A stretch of 64,000 nucleotides of DNA from Vicugna vicugna (Eukaryota). The position numbers and the translations under genes are program-made. This document shows, piece after piece, positions 13,520 through 26,420 of the stretch (positions are counted from its first letter, which is position 1; the number at the start of each line of letters is the position of its first letter). The DNA lies in NCBI GenBank assembly GCA_013265495.1, contig MU058103.1:436001-500000 (forward strand). Direction: 5' to 3'. The notes beneath the pieces were generated by a model. It saw nothing but the letters and a program-made list of their open reading frames with translations. It ran no database searches and was not told the origin of the DNA.

Positions 13520-13670
13520 TTTTACATCTCTGTGATTTTGACTACTCTGCACACCTTATGTAAGTGCAGTTATATAGTATTTGTGTTTTAGTGACAGGCT
13601 TATTTCACTTAGCATAATGTCTTCAAGGTTCATTCATGTTGTAGCATATGTCAGAATGTCCTTCCTTTTT
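13520..13670 (-). mobile_element. L1MB 3'UTR fragment (antisense piece)
   Basis: 'ttgactactct...ggcttatttcacttagcataatgtcttcaaggttcattcatgttgtagcatatgtcagaat...ccttccttttt'. Confidence 0.85.
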
Positions 13671-14060
13671 TAGTAGACTTTATTTTTTTAGAGTAGTTTT
13701 TGGTTCATAGCAAAAATGAGCAGAAGATACAGACTTCTCACATACCTGCTGCCCCTACACATTCATAGTGTCTCCTATTTCAAACCTCCCCCACCAGAGT
13801 GCTACATTTGTTAAAAATGATGTACCTACCCTGACACATCATCACCTGGAATTCAGTTTACATTAGGGTTCACTCTTGTTTATTGTACACTCTGTGGGTT
13901 TGAGCAAATGTATGATGAAATGTTTCTGCCATTATAGTATCATACACAGTAGTTTCACTGCCCTAAAATTACTTTTTGTTTTGCCTGTTTACCCTATCTC
14001 CCCACTAACTCCTGGGACTCACTGATCTTTTTACAGCCTCCATATTTTCGCTGTTTCCAG
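13671..14060 (-). mobile_element. L1MC1-like 3' end
   Basis: 'agactttattttttagagtagttt...ccaccagagtgctacatttgtta...cattagggttcactcttg...agtttcactgccctaaaa'. Confidence 0.85.
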
Positions 14061-14305
14061 TCATCAAATTCATAGAGATAGAAAGTAGAGTAGAGGTTAA
14101 CAGGGGCTACACAGAAGAGCAAATGGGGAATTATTCTTTAATAGGTACAGTTTTAGTTTGGGAAGATGAGTAAAATTCTGGAGATGGATGGTGGTGTTGG
14201 CTGCACACAAATGTGAATGAATTTAATGCCACTGAATTGAACACTCAGAAATAGGTTTAAAATGGTAGATTTTATGTTATATATATTTTATCACAAGAAA
14301 AAAGA
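14059..14305 (+). mobile_element. L1MB 3'UTR terminal fragment (sense piece)
   Basis: 'caaattcatagagatagaaagtaga...ttctggagatggatggtggtg...aatgccactgaatt...ttttatgttatatatattttatcacaa' plus an A tail. Confidence 0.85.
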
Positions 14306-14484
14306 TGTGAAAAAAATCTTAAAAAAACCATTTTTGTCTAAATAGAAAATATTTCATTATAATTTTAAAACATGAGGGTAGGATTATAGGAATTTGATTG
14401 AAATGGTGATTATTTTATTAATTTTAAAATAACAATTATTTTCTATTAATAAGGTTTAAGTCTTAAACTATGTAATTCCACACA

Positions 14485-16090
14485 GTATTTATTTTATACA
14501 TAGTACTTTGTACTTCTTAATACCCTATCCCGTCTTGCCCCTACGCCCTTCCCTCTCCTCGCTGGTAATCTCTAGTTTGTTCTCTATATCTGTGACTCTG
14601 CTTCTTTCTGATATTTACTAGTTTGTTATATTTACTAGTTTTCTGTATTTTTAGATTCCACACATAAGTGATAAAATACAGTATTTTTCTTTCTTTCTGA
14701 CTTACTTCACTTATCATAATGTCTTCCAATTCCATCCATGTTGCTGCAAATGTCAAAATTGTGTTCTTTTTATGGCTAAATATATATACCACACCTTCTT
14801 TATCCATTCATCTGTTGTTAGACAGTTAGGTTCCTTCCATATCTTAGCTTTTATAAATAATACTGCTGTGAACATCAGAGTGCATATGTCTTTTTGAGGT
14901 GGTGCTTTGTTTTTTCAGATAAATACTCAGGAGTGGAATTGCTGAGTCATGTGGTACTTTTATTTTTAGTGTTTTGAGAAATCTCCATACTGTTTCTCAT
15001 AGTGGCTACATCAGTTGACATTCCCACCAACAATGTACAAGGATTCCCTTTTCTCTGCACCCTCTCCAACAATTCTTATTTGTATTTTTGATAATAACCA
15101 TTCTGACAGATGTGAGGTAGTATCTCTTTGTGGTTTTAATTTGCATTTCTCTGATGATTAACAGAGAACATTGAGCATCTTGTCATCTGCCTATTGGTTA
15201 GCTCTATGTCTTTGGAAAACTGTCTATTCAGGTCTTCTGCCTATTATTTTAATTGAGTTGTTGTTTTTTCTGATGTTGAGTTGGTGAACTGTTTATATAT
15301 TTTGGATATTAACCCCTTATGTGTCATATCATTTGCAAATATTTTCTCCCATTCAGTAGGTTGTCTTTTCATTTTGTCAGTGGTTTCCTTTTTTCTGTGC
15401 AAAAACCTTTGATTTTAATTAGGTCCCATATGTTTATTTTTGTTTGTGTTTCCTCTACTTTAGGGAGAAAGATAAAAAAATTGCTATTATTTAAATATTG
15501 TTATTATTTATGTCAAAGGGTCTTCTGCCTGTGTTTTCTTCTAATAGTTTTATTGTTTCAAGTCTTACATTTAGGTTTTTAATCCACTGTGAGTTTATTT
15601 CTGTACATGGTGTTACAGAATGTTATAATTTAGTTTTTTTTTTTACATGTAACTATCCAGTTTTCCCAGCACCGGTTATTGAAGAGACCGTCTTTTCTCC
15701 ATTGTATAATCTTGTCTTCTTTGTTATAGATTAATTGGCCATAAGTGCTTGGATTTATTTCTGGGCTTTCTATTCCATTTCATTGATGTCTGTGTCTGTT
15801 TTTGTCCTGGTACCACACTGCTTTGATTACTGTAGCTTTGTAATATTGTCTGAAGTCAGGGAGCATGATTCCTCTAGCTCCATTCTTTCTCAAGATTGTT
15901 TTGGCTGTTTGGGGTCTTTTGTGTTTCCATACCAATTTAAAAACTATTTGCTCTAGTTCTGTGAAAAATGTCCTTGGCATTTTGATAGGGATCATATTCA
16001 ACCTGTCAATTGCCTTGGTTAGTATGGTCATTTTAACAATATAATCCATGAATATGTGTGTCTTTTCATTTGTTTGTGTTGTCTTTAGCC
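14485..16090 (-). mobile_element. L1 (L1MA9/cetartiodactyl-type) 3' ORF2 and 3'UTR fragment
   Basis: ORF 15780..16049 ([31 protein letters not shown]...[18 protein letters not shown]) and ORF 14541..14807 (FAATWMELEDIMISEVSQ) are recognisable L1 ORF2 C-terminal segments; frameshifted. Confidence 0.95.
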
Positions 16091-16549
16091 ACTTTCATCA
16101 GTGCCATCAGACATGAAGACTTTTATGTTTCAATAGAATTCTTGCTTCACTAAAGGGAATTTTAAATAAGGCATTTTATCATGTTAGTTGTGCAGTGAAT
16201 CTGCAAATTGCTTTTAATATCTTGAAGGTATATTCATTTATTTCACTTCTGATGCTATGACTCTCCTTCACAAGGACATTTGTTTTGCCCTGATCCTAAA
16301 TGTGCTCTGGTCTAATAGCTCACCACCCCTCTTAATAATTCAGAGTATGCCTACCTGTAAGGATTACTTACTGTGGAAGAGTGCAGATCTAGAAAAGGGA
16401 ACTTCCAAATTGATCTTACCTACCTTAAGTTCATGAGACAGAGAAGAAGAGGTAACAGTGGAAGCTGCTGAACTTTTAGGCATCATTTATGCTACTACTT
16501 TGCTCCTGGGGGTAGGGTTGTGGGTGGCTTTAAAGTGACTGCTTGGCCA

Positions 16550-16860
16550 TTCATTCACTTATTCAATTTACAAGCACAATAAGTACATTCTGTGTGCTAA
16601 CCTGAGCTAGAAAATGTCTGTCTAGAGATGATAGGCAAGATCTGCACCCTCAGTGAGCTTGAGCCTGTTGGTTTCCAATAATTCATAGTCCTGCAGAGTT
16701 GAAGGCCATGTAATTCAAGGTCGATATGCTCAGCTACAGTTATAAACAAACTGGCTTAGGAATGTAGATAACAATGATGTTGAGGCTAACTAAAGAGTCA
16801 GGAAAGGCCCCATAAAGGAGATGGCATGGCAACTAATTCTTGAAGAATTCTAGAGAAGTT
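16550..16860 (-). mobile_element. L2 fragment
   Basis: 'cattcattcacttattcaatttacaagcac...ctgcaccctcagtgagctt...agtcaggaaaggcc'. Confidence 0.6.
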
Positions 16861-17569
16861 CCTACAGCATTGTTCACAAAAGAGAGTCTTGGAGTTAAAA
16901 ACCCTTTGCTAATAGAGTCTGGGAACATATCAGTTCTGTTTTGCTTCAAAAGCATTTACAAGTATCTTTTCTTCATCCAGGGTCATGGTACTGCACAACG
17001 TCCAGGCCACATTCACATGGTATTGCTCCAGTTAGTGCTCTTCACTGAGCAGGTGGTGTGAGAGAGGCTGGAGCTGTGCTGTGTGGAGACACCTTTCCCA
17101 GCTCTCTTCATTCTCTGTGCCTTGCTACCCAGTCAGTTTTGCCATCAAGTGGCAGGCCCCAGCTGGGTGCTTTTTTTTTTAACCCCTTTGCATATGCTCT
17201 TACCTAGTGTCAAGACAGAAAAATAGAAGAAAGTTACATATTCATGTGGGGCAAACATATAGTCTTTGTTAAGAATTAGAAAAATGATAGAGCAAAAAAA
17301 TTAAAGATGTAGTAAAAATTACTGATAATGCCATCACTATGTACTTTTTTGCATATTACCATAATCAATAGTAAATGATTTGTTTCTATCATTTGTTACT
17401 CCATGGTTTATAGGTAAATTTTTAAATTATATATATATATATAGAGAGATATATATGTTATTTGTATATGTACATATATATTAGAAATTGGAAAGAAAAC
17501 AATGATATAACAAGCTATAATTATTTAAAATATGTTAAATTTATGAAATAACTGTCTTAACATTGTACT

Positions 17570-17750
17570 TTGAAACCTAGTTCTATATAGCATCAGCAAA
17601 ACATTTAAAATCTCTTGGAGCCCTAGTTTTCTTGTCTTTAAAATGTGCACAATCACACGTAATCATAATATAACTTATGGGTTGTATGGATTATGAAATA
17701 TACATCTAAAGTGAATAGCACAATAGAAGACACTCAATAAATGGTAAAAA
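17570..17750 (+). mobile_element. MIR SINE
   Basis: 'agttttcttgtctttaaaatg...cactcaataaatggta'. Confidence 0.6.
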
Positions 17751-19699
17751 ATATTTTTGTTATCACTAACAATAATTATAACACGAAACAGACGGAATGT
17801 CTCCCTCCTTCCTGTTCAGAAAGTCATTTGCTCTCCAGACAGTCTTTAAGTAGGGTATTTGGGTTGTAGTTTGTGCTCCTTCCCACTTCCCCATCCTGAT
17901 TTGCTCATCTGTAACAACTGCTTCACAGGCAGAAGATTCATAAGCTTATAGGCCCTTCCCACATTTGCCTTTCTTGGATGCCACATCGTACCTGCTCACC
18001 TGTTAATCACCTCCATCATGCTTTCTGACTTCCAACCCCCTCCACTAATCTACTTGCGATATGCTTCAAATGTACCTCACAGTAGATAGAAAAGAGGAAG
18101 CAACTGCCCTGAATAGAGACCTCTATAACTGCTTGCTACTGGTTTTGATTTCTTCTGACTTTCTCGTTTTGAAATGTGAGCCATCCCTGGGAAATTGAGA
18201 TAAGCCACTATGAACTTTATTTGATCCTTTAGAAAACCGTGGTGTTTGGAAAAGAAAGCCACCACAGAGATTCAACCCATCTGGCAGGTGAGGAGAAAAT
18301 GAAAGTGATTTGTAATGCTAAAACATCCACTGGGGGAAGGTATCAAGGGATTCAGCAAAGGTTATTGGAGGGACCATCTCTGTTTGTCTTCATGAACATT
18401 TCAGAGAAGGACACAAATTGCACATTAATCACATACCCTGTACATACTGTACATACTAATTGGAGTGGACAGTAGAAGAGGGCAGGGGTGGGGAGGGGGG
18501 GTCATGAGAAAAGTGAGCTGGGAGAAGAAAAAGCATATTAAGCTTAATTTAACTGAAAGCGCAGGGATGTTGTATATCATTACTCAGAAACACGAAGTAC
18601 AAAACATAATTTTTCCCAGTTAGTTACGTTATCTTTATTTCCTTTTAGTCATTTTTATTGAGGTGTTGTCCAGGTTCGTCAAAGACTCCTGATGATGAAC
18701 TGTATTCCCCGTGATATCTTTGTTTTATGTTTGCATCCACTCAGCTTCTTAGTTTCCTTGGGCTGCGTCTAGGTATAAAAGAATAGTAATAGGCAGGCAG
18801 GTATAGTCCCTGCACAAAATAGCTTTTCTTATGCTCCACCCTTCTCTCAAGATACCATTCCTTTCCCCAACATCGACCCAATTCAAGTAAACTCATTAAC
18901 AATAAGTTGCATCAAAAGTAAATAAAAACCCTTTCTCGAGGACCTCACAGTTTTGTGTTAGAGATTAAAATAAATACGTATCATTCAGAGTGATAGTCAA
19001 AATACAGCCATTCATACTAATCCTGGGGTTGATGGAGAAGAGGGTGCAGAACAGGACAGTGATTAAAGATTTTGCCAGTATCTCTGGGCTTAGCTCTACT
19101 GTCTATTGCATGAAGCCTTTTTTGAAATCACTTATATCTGATTGCCCTTGTCTTCCAAACTATTTTTTTCTTTTTGAATTAATTTTATCTCCCTTCATCT
19201 GATAAATTCTCCCATATATTTAATAGCTTCCTTAGAATGTATTGAAATATCTCTTTCCATAAATATCAACTACTGACAAATACCCAAGTGGTTAGAACTC
19301 TCAAAGTGCAATATATAAAGCCTCAGTCTTGGTGGTCCCCATTTTCTCTGACAGTTAGATAGGGAAACATGATAATAATCCCCATTTGTCTGTTAGGAAA
19401 CTGCTTTTCAGAGAGGCTTTGGTTTGCCCATAGAGCCCAGACAGATTCATGGATCTCCTGTGGTCTCTACCGCATTGTCCAGCCTGTCCTGCTGGGTCAT
19501 GACACTCGTGTATTCATGAGCCTTGCTTCTGATATAAACACATTTAAAGGGTTAAAGTGCCACTCAGGCTGACTAGGCTTTCTCAAACTGTTTGATTGGC
19601 CTCTGACTGTTTTCCTTAGTCTTAACATAGCTTCTGAGGCCGATGAAAGTGGTGTTTATTCAAAGAAACTTTGTCAGCTCCCAGCCCATGGTTTCCATA

Positions 19700-19870
19700 G
19701 AGTTCTTAACCTTTAAAGAGCAGATTATTTGTCTACGGAGTTTACAATTTCCAGGGCCACCTACCCAGAGCTTCCGATTTAGTAGATCAAGGTAGAACTC
19801 AGAAATGTGTATTGCCAGTTAACTCCCAGGTGATGCCAGTGTCCCTGCTCTGAGGACCACACATTGAGTT
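19700..19870. mobile_element. MER5A DNA transposon
   Basis: 'ccagggccacctacccagagcttccgatttagtag...actcccaggtgatgcc...ggaccacacattgag'. Confidence 0.8.
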
Positions 19871-19974
19871 CCATGAGAGCTTTTGAGGCACAATATGTAG
19901 CTGTTCTAGTTGTCCCCACCCAGGATCATACACAGGGAAGGATCAGCAACAGGTCACACAGTCCACTCTGGAAC

Positions 19975-20130
19975 CTTGTTATTCAAATTGCAGTTGGACC
20001 AGAATGGCACCATGTGGGAACATTTTAGAAATACAGACTCTGAAGCCCCGCCCGAGACCTGAATCTCTAGGTCTCTAGGTCAGTAAAATCTCTAGGTGGT
20101 TCATATGCACGCCAGAGTTGGACACACTGC
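19975..20130. mobile_element. MER5A/MER5A1 DNA transposon
   Basis: 'ttagaaatacagactctgaagccccgcccgagacc...ggtggttcatatgcac...gacacactg'. Confidence 0.75.
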
Positions 20131-20364
20131 TTTAGCATAGAACAATCCAGTGGTTCTGTGAGCTGCAGTTGTATTCCTTCTTCTTTGTGTTCCATAGCAG
20201 TTTGACCCTGTCTTCACGTATTTGAAACACTACATCTTAGAATGGGTAGTGCTGCTTAATGGTTCAAGTTTACTCATGTAATGAGGGCAGGAACAAACTG
20301 TAGAAATGATTTTTGACAAATCCCATGTAATTCTGTTTGCTAAAAGACACTGCTACTCAGTCTC

Positions 20365-21130
20365 TGCGTTATATGTCAGTTCTTGATTTTAAGTAACAGA
20401 AATCCAAACAGCTTAGGCAAAAAGAAAACATACTAGAAGAATAATGGGGAATCTCTGAAAATTGTGGAAGAGTAAGGTTTTAGCTGGACTTCTAGAATGC
20501 ATGAAGCCAATATTCAAATGCTTACAGAATACTTATCTTTAGATTCTTCTGTTGGTCCACTTCAGTCTCTCCAAGAGACTCCGTACCTGCACATATCTAA
20601 CAACCTTACCCTGGTGGGGGGTCTGAAACTCATCCTTAGGTTCCAGATTAAAAAAAAAAAATTCCTAAAGTAGGATTTCAGTTGCCCCAATCTGAGCCTT
20701 CTTTCCACATGTGGACAAATCAACTCTGAGACAGGGCACCTTGATCACTAGTCTCCACAGAATGATATAGAAGAAAGTGAGAGAGGGATAGAGGAGGAGC
20801 ATGCTGGGATATAAAATTGATACATGTCAGCATGAGCTATAACAACGTAGTAGTGGCATAACAGAGTTTATTACTCCTTTACTTCAAAATCCAGCTGGGT
20901 GTTTGGCAGGTAGCCTTCTATACGGTGGCACCTCAGAACCACCCACTGAATTTGCTGTAGGAGAGAAAATGTGAAAGATCTTTTGAGAAACTTTAGGGGC
21001 CAAGCCTGGAAGTGGTAAATACTTTCATCCATATCCCACTATCCAGACCCCAGGACGACACTAATGTAGGCCGTGGGCAAAAACAGAAAAGGAATCAGGA
21101 TTGGAAGACTGACAGTGTGCTCTCTGCCAT
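20365..21130 (-). mobile_element. Old MaLR/ERVL LTR fragments (two adjacent pieces)
   Basis: 'tcagttcttgattttaagtaacagaaatccaa...' and 'ggccaagcctggaagtgg...catccatatcccact...ctctctgccata'. Confidence 0.45.
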
Positions 21131-21189
21131 ATATATAAATACGAATCCATATGAATACTGTACTTCCAAGTTCAAAGTCAAATTGACCT

Positions 21190-21533
21190 TGTTGAAAGAT
21201 AAATCGAGCATATTACAAAGTCTAAGAGTTTCTTAGAGTGCAAGTCAATTCATATTGGGCAACCAGAGGTGATTAGAAGCATTCCACTGACAGGAGTTAG
21301 GAGAAAGACTTTTATAGAGAAAAAATGGAAGCAGAGCAAAGAGCATATCTGATTGTAGCTTAATCAGTTGCATTGTTTGGGGAGGTCTAACAGGCTGTTT
21401 GTGATGGGTTGTCCTTAGATTTTGGTTTCTTAGCCTTGAGGCACTTTAGGCTGAGGTTTTGGTTTGCTTATGTAGGCTACTAAGGCATTAAAGCCACCTC
21501 AGTCTAATGGCTCCCTGTTTGACTGATTTAACA
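21190..21533 (-). mobile_element. ERV1-type solo LTR (344 bp) with 4-bp TSD ACCT
   Basis: Termini TGTT...AACA, flanked by ACCT at 21186-21189 and 21534-21537; the minus strand starts 'tgttaaatcagtcaaacagggagccattagactgaggtggc'. Confidence 0.85.
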
Positions 21534-21919
21534 ACCTTGGTGTTCACCTGATTTTGCCAGTGGAGTCTCTTCACAAATGTGTAACTGTGTGCAATCAAGG
21601 AAGCCATTTATTCTATTCTTTATTTCCTCATTGGTTTTCACTGATTGTCCCTCAAAGCACTGCCATTTTCTACTCTGACAATTCTTTTGAACTCCACTAC
21701 TTCCTTTCTCACCCAGGTGGATGTCTTTGTGAGACCAATAAATTCCATTCACCTTGACTTCCTAATTCTGCTTTCTGATTCTTTGAATTTTGAAACATAC
21801 TCTTAGGGAGCATTTAAATGTTAGGTCTATAAAGACAATTTGCTGTTAACAAAAAAAAAAAAAAAAACAACCAAAAAACCCAGAACAGTAACAAGTTTGG
21901 CAAGCAATTTAGTTTTTAA

Positions 21920-22280
21920 ATCAATTAATCTTTGAATCAATATTTACTAAGCTCTTACTGTGAGCCAAGAAGTGTTTTAGACATAAGAGCAGTGAACAGC
22001 AGGATTGTTATATGGATGCTACATTATGGTAGGAGAATAGACAGGCACTAAATGAATATATATGTAAAATAATAAATAAACAAAGAAATAACCAGACTAT
22101 GATTACTACTAGGCAGGGAATTACAAGGTGATCTGATAAAGTGATTACTTTATTTGGGGTACTTAAGGGAGAAACCGCTCTTAAGAGATAAATGAGATCT
22201 AAATGACATAATATATCTAGACATGTCAGGGTCAGAGAAAGAACCTTCCAGACAGAAGGACTCTCTAGCCCAAAGTTCCT
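21920..22280 (-). mobile_element. L2 fragment
   Basis: 'aatatttactaagctcttactgtgagccaag...agaaccttccagacagaagg...caaagttcctaag'. Confidence 0.7.
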
Positions 22281-22449
22281 AAGATTAACTTCCTCCTTTA
22301 CTTCTTCCTCTTCATAGATGCTCCTCTGACAATTCCCTGACCTTATATACTTATAGACTTAGCCTAGAAAAATGATTAACCTTATTCCTTGTATTTACTC
22401 AGCTGAAGAATTGGGATTCACATGAGCAGCTGTGTGACAGAAAATTTTC

Positions 22450-22750
22450 AATAACAAATATTTATTGAGGCTTTAATAATAATAGCAATCAATTGTTAAG
22501 AATTTACTGTATGACCAGGTTCATGCTTGTTGCTAAAGATATAGAGATATATAAGACAGAGTTCCTTTCTTCAGAGTTTACAGTCTATTGGAGGTGACAA
22601 ACCTACCATAACTACATTACATTCTTGTGTGATATGTACAAAAGTGGAAGTATGGATCGGATACAGAAGTATCGCAGATGAAGAAGTGATTTATTCTCCA
22701 AGGATGATGGTGGTGGTGAAGGTATATAAATGAACTGGGCTTTGATTATC
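22450..22750 (-). mobile_element. L2 fragment
   Basis: 'acaaatatttattgagg...ataagacagagttcctttcttcagagtttacagtctattgg'. Confidence 0.65.
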
Positions 22751-24799
22751 CATGGCGGTGGAATAAAGGGAATTCAGGAATAATTAGGGGAATATGACTT
22801 CCACAATTTACAAACAGTACCTCCATCACCTTCCTTATGATTAATTAGATTAATCCTCCAGATTAAAAGTCAGAATGCATTCTATATGTAACATAGACAC
22901 TTAAGCTATGCGAAACCTCTCACTAGCCATCACAGTCAAGAGATGCTGTTTACATTTCCTCAAAGATCGCAAGACTATGAAGGAAGTCAGAGATTTATTC
23001 CATCAGACTGCATACTACATACTCAGAGCAATGCAAAATTCTCAATACGCCTTAGCAAGCGTGATTGAAGAACCTTTTTACATTGGCGGAAACTTGTTGG
23101 ATAACATAATTATTTAAACAATTGTATTTTTTTTGTTTTTTTCCCTTAACTAAATCACAATTGATTCCAATTTATTTGTACCTCAACTCTGCTATTTTAA
23201 GGTACCATTCCACGGCATGCAGAACACATACTTGAAAGAAAACATTTTTTTTCTCTGATTCTTCCCTTTTATAGACTCATTTATATGGTAATGTATAGAC
23301 AAATTTTGCTTCCTTTAAGAAAAGGAAAAAAGTAAAGATAAGGAAAAAGAACAAATCCTAAAAATTCTATGAAAGTTTGAGGCAGTCATTTGAAATGTCA
23401 GAAATGCCAAACACTCGCTTGTACATTTAAGAATCCAGAAGGCTCTTATTTACTCAAAGTAATTACCTGAAAACTCGGTAAATTTCAACATTTTTAGCCG
23501 AATGCTACCAATACTCAGAACCTTATTATGCGACAGCTTATCCAAAGAAAGATATTTGGTCAAAAGACCTTGTTTGAGGATATTCACTGCTACTCTTTGT
23601 GGCAGTATTTATCATATTTACATATGATATAGAGATCGCATTTAGCTTGATATTTAGGCTACTGTTAAGCTGACAGTATCTTCTTTGCTTTCACTTGGCA
23701 ACTGATAATTTGAGAGCTTCAAGTAACTTTTGGTACATATTAATTTGTCTCTGAATTTAGGGCATTTTCAGAATCTCTAGGACATTCACAAATAAGGGAC
23801 AGATTCTGTTCTTAAGGTGCTAACTAGCTACACAAAAAGAAAGAATATGCAAAAGCAAATAATATATACATTTTAAAAACGCAGAACATGAGTCTTTTAT
23901 AGTTAAAAAAACACAAACAAGCATTTACCAATTAATGTATATACAGCACAGTTCTTGGGATCATTAGTGTTTAAATGCATCTTTGGGCTTTCTGCATGTC
24001 TTGGAATTGTAGCAAATGTAGCAAAGTTTCCAGCAAAAACAAAGCCAGCCCTTGTAGAGATAGATAATTGGGGCCAAAAAGTCCATGAGCTGTTAACAGT
24101 TTATACTGTTTAACCACATCTCTGCATTACAGAAAGTGGTTACTGGTAATTAAAATGATGAATGTTACATAATCTGTCTTGTTTTTGTATTTGCTTAAAC
24201 TTGGTTAAACTAGTGGGGAACACCTTTTTTAGTTCCTCCTTGACCTTGTGCCTTGAAGGAACCTAGTGGATTTTAATAAAACGTAGGGCTATAAAATTAC
24301 TGAATTTATAGGTTCAGCTGCTGTGCATGTCTCCCTTTGGTAGGGCATATTAACCTGTAAGTGTATGTTCTGCCTATTTGTTATGAGAGATACTAAATGA
24401 GTCAATATTGCATCAATAATTCAAGGTATAATTTAGCTGCATAATTGTGTTGTATTGCATTAAAGCTTTCAGCTAGTCTGGTCTAAAGCATATCTGCTCC
24501 AATGTAACAATGTGATTGGGCTCTTTGTACAAAGCTTTGTAATTATTAGTAAGTATTCTGAAATCACCAGAAAGATAACAAGTATAGAGAGAAAAAGCCC
24601 TGCAGGAAGAATGTTCAGACCACATGGCGGATTTAAAAAAATGAGAGCTATTTTCCCATTTTCTATGTAGATACCGTTCTGCTTGAAACAGTTGTATTTT
24701 CCTTTGCCAGGTTTCATTCTGAGCCCTGGCCATGGAGTCGTGACCTCACCAGCCCAGAGCAAATTTGAAGTAGTCATGTTATTACTATAACAATAATTA

Positions 24800-25030
24800 T
24801 AAATATAGGTTGAACATACAAGATTTTCAAAGTGCTTTTGAATCCATTATCCTCTTGGTTCTTCATGATAATCTTCTGCCTCTGATGGTGCGGTTCATTA
24901 CATTTTAGAAATGAGGAGGTTGGAGGCGAGAGATGCTGTTCTTCTTGCCCCAGGTTACAAACCAGCAAACGGGGGTGGGGGGAAGCAACATTTGAATTAA
25001 AATCTTCTGACTTCATATATTTTGCATCAT
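24800..25030 (-). mobile_element. MIR SINE
   Basis: 'cattttagaaatgaggagg...cttgccccaggttaca...atttgaattaaaatcttctgactt'. Confidence 0.7.
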
Positions 25031-25641
25031 CTCTGTACCTTGTCCAAGCTGGTACGCTGTGTTTAAGCTGGCTCAAAACGTGCGGAGGACGTTTTGGTTT
25101 TTGGCCTTCTGTGACTCTTTGCTGCAGGCGCTGGGAAGATCTGATGAGAATATTCCTATTTTGTGAAGAGTTAGTCTGTTCCTAGAATTTTCTCCTAAAC
25201 TATTTAGATGTGCCACTTCATCATTTCATCACAAGCCTAGTTACCTTTTTTCTTATCGATAAAAATATAGCAGATTTAGGACAGAATATCCTGCCCAAAA
25301 CCTCTTCCTTAGACTGAGTTCTCTATCCGATGAGGGGTGGGTCTGAGTATGATACTAATGGAACCTGAGAAGAATTTTTTTCTCCATTAGCTTCTGCCTT
25401 TTTATTCTATGCAATTGTCTTAATTTTCTTTGCCTCTTTGTCTAGAGGAATCTTTTGAACTATGAATGTATTAATTCAGCATGAGACCACAGGCTTAGCA
25501 TTTTGATCGTTCCGGCAAGTGGTATGCCTCAATTAACTTGATTATTCTAATGTGTTTTAGAGAAATAATAAATATTCAAGAAACCTTTCCTAGAGCTTAA
25601 AACAGGAATATCCTATTTTATCTTACCATGGGTTGCAATAT

Positions 25642-26193
25642 TGTTAATATTCACTCTAGAAAGAAACACTGGGCATGCCGTACATGTGTGAATGAAAAAT
25701 ATTGCCAGCCATATCAGTGGAAAAAAAATGCTGTGCCCATCAAATCATCAGCCACTATCACTACCCCTGACAGTGAGGCAGAGGGAACTCAGGATGGAGA
25801 TAAGCAGGCTGCCCACTGACAGGTCCTGAGCCTCTGCGGCCACTCCCAGGGGTGCCCTCTGTGGGGACTCAGGACTGTAGACGCAAGAGACTGGCCTAGA
25901 TAGCTAAGGTGCACATCAAAGGAATGATGTCAGTGAGCCCAGACTTTTGCACCTTCCCATACATGGAAAAGCACTAGATTCCTTAACTTGAGATATCTGA
26001 TTTTCTTTCATTAATTGATAGTCCTACTACCTGGTCTTTGTTGCAAAAACTCTTATATATCCTGGGTCCTCCTCTGCCTCTTCAGAGCAGTCCCTCAGAG
26101 CTGAGAGTCTGTTATCTCAGGTTTGAAGTCCTCAGTCTACCAAAGAAAACATAACTGTTCCCTTTTAGATTGTGCATTGTTTTTTAGTCAATA
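25642..26193 (+). mobile_element. ERV1 solo LTR, cetartiodactyl MER41-like family
   Basis: 'ggcctagatagctaaggtgcacatcaaaggaatgat...cttcccatacatggaaaagcact...cttatatatcctgg...gagcagtccctcagagct...gattgtgcattgttttttagtcaata'; TATA at about 26053; flanks ATAT-like. Confidence 0.8.
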
Positions 26194-26289
26194 TATGAGA
26201 CTGATTTGCAGGGACGTAAGGTTTAACAAAAATACAGTTGATGTAGAACATAAGATTCCTTGTTCTGTTTGATTTTGATACACCACATG

Positions 26290-26420
26290 TCCTTTATTCA
26301 TGAAGTGTGTAGTGGAAGCCTATGATGTGAGAGGTACTATGTCGGAGACACAGCAGTGGATGAAAGAGACATGATCTCTGCCTTAATGTATTTAAAATCT
26401 ATCAGGGGATGATAGAATGA
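26290..26420 (-). mobile_element. L2 3' end
   Basis: 'gcctatgatgtgagaggtactatg...ggagacacagcagtggatgaaagagacatgatctctgcc'. Confidence 0.6.

Noticed and set aside
25074..25096. Hairpin CAAAACGT-7nt-ACGTTTTG
   Set aside because: An 8-bp inverted repeat is expected by chance in 64 kb; too short for a miRNA precursor
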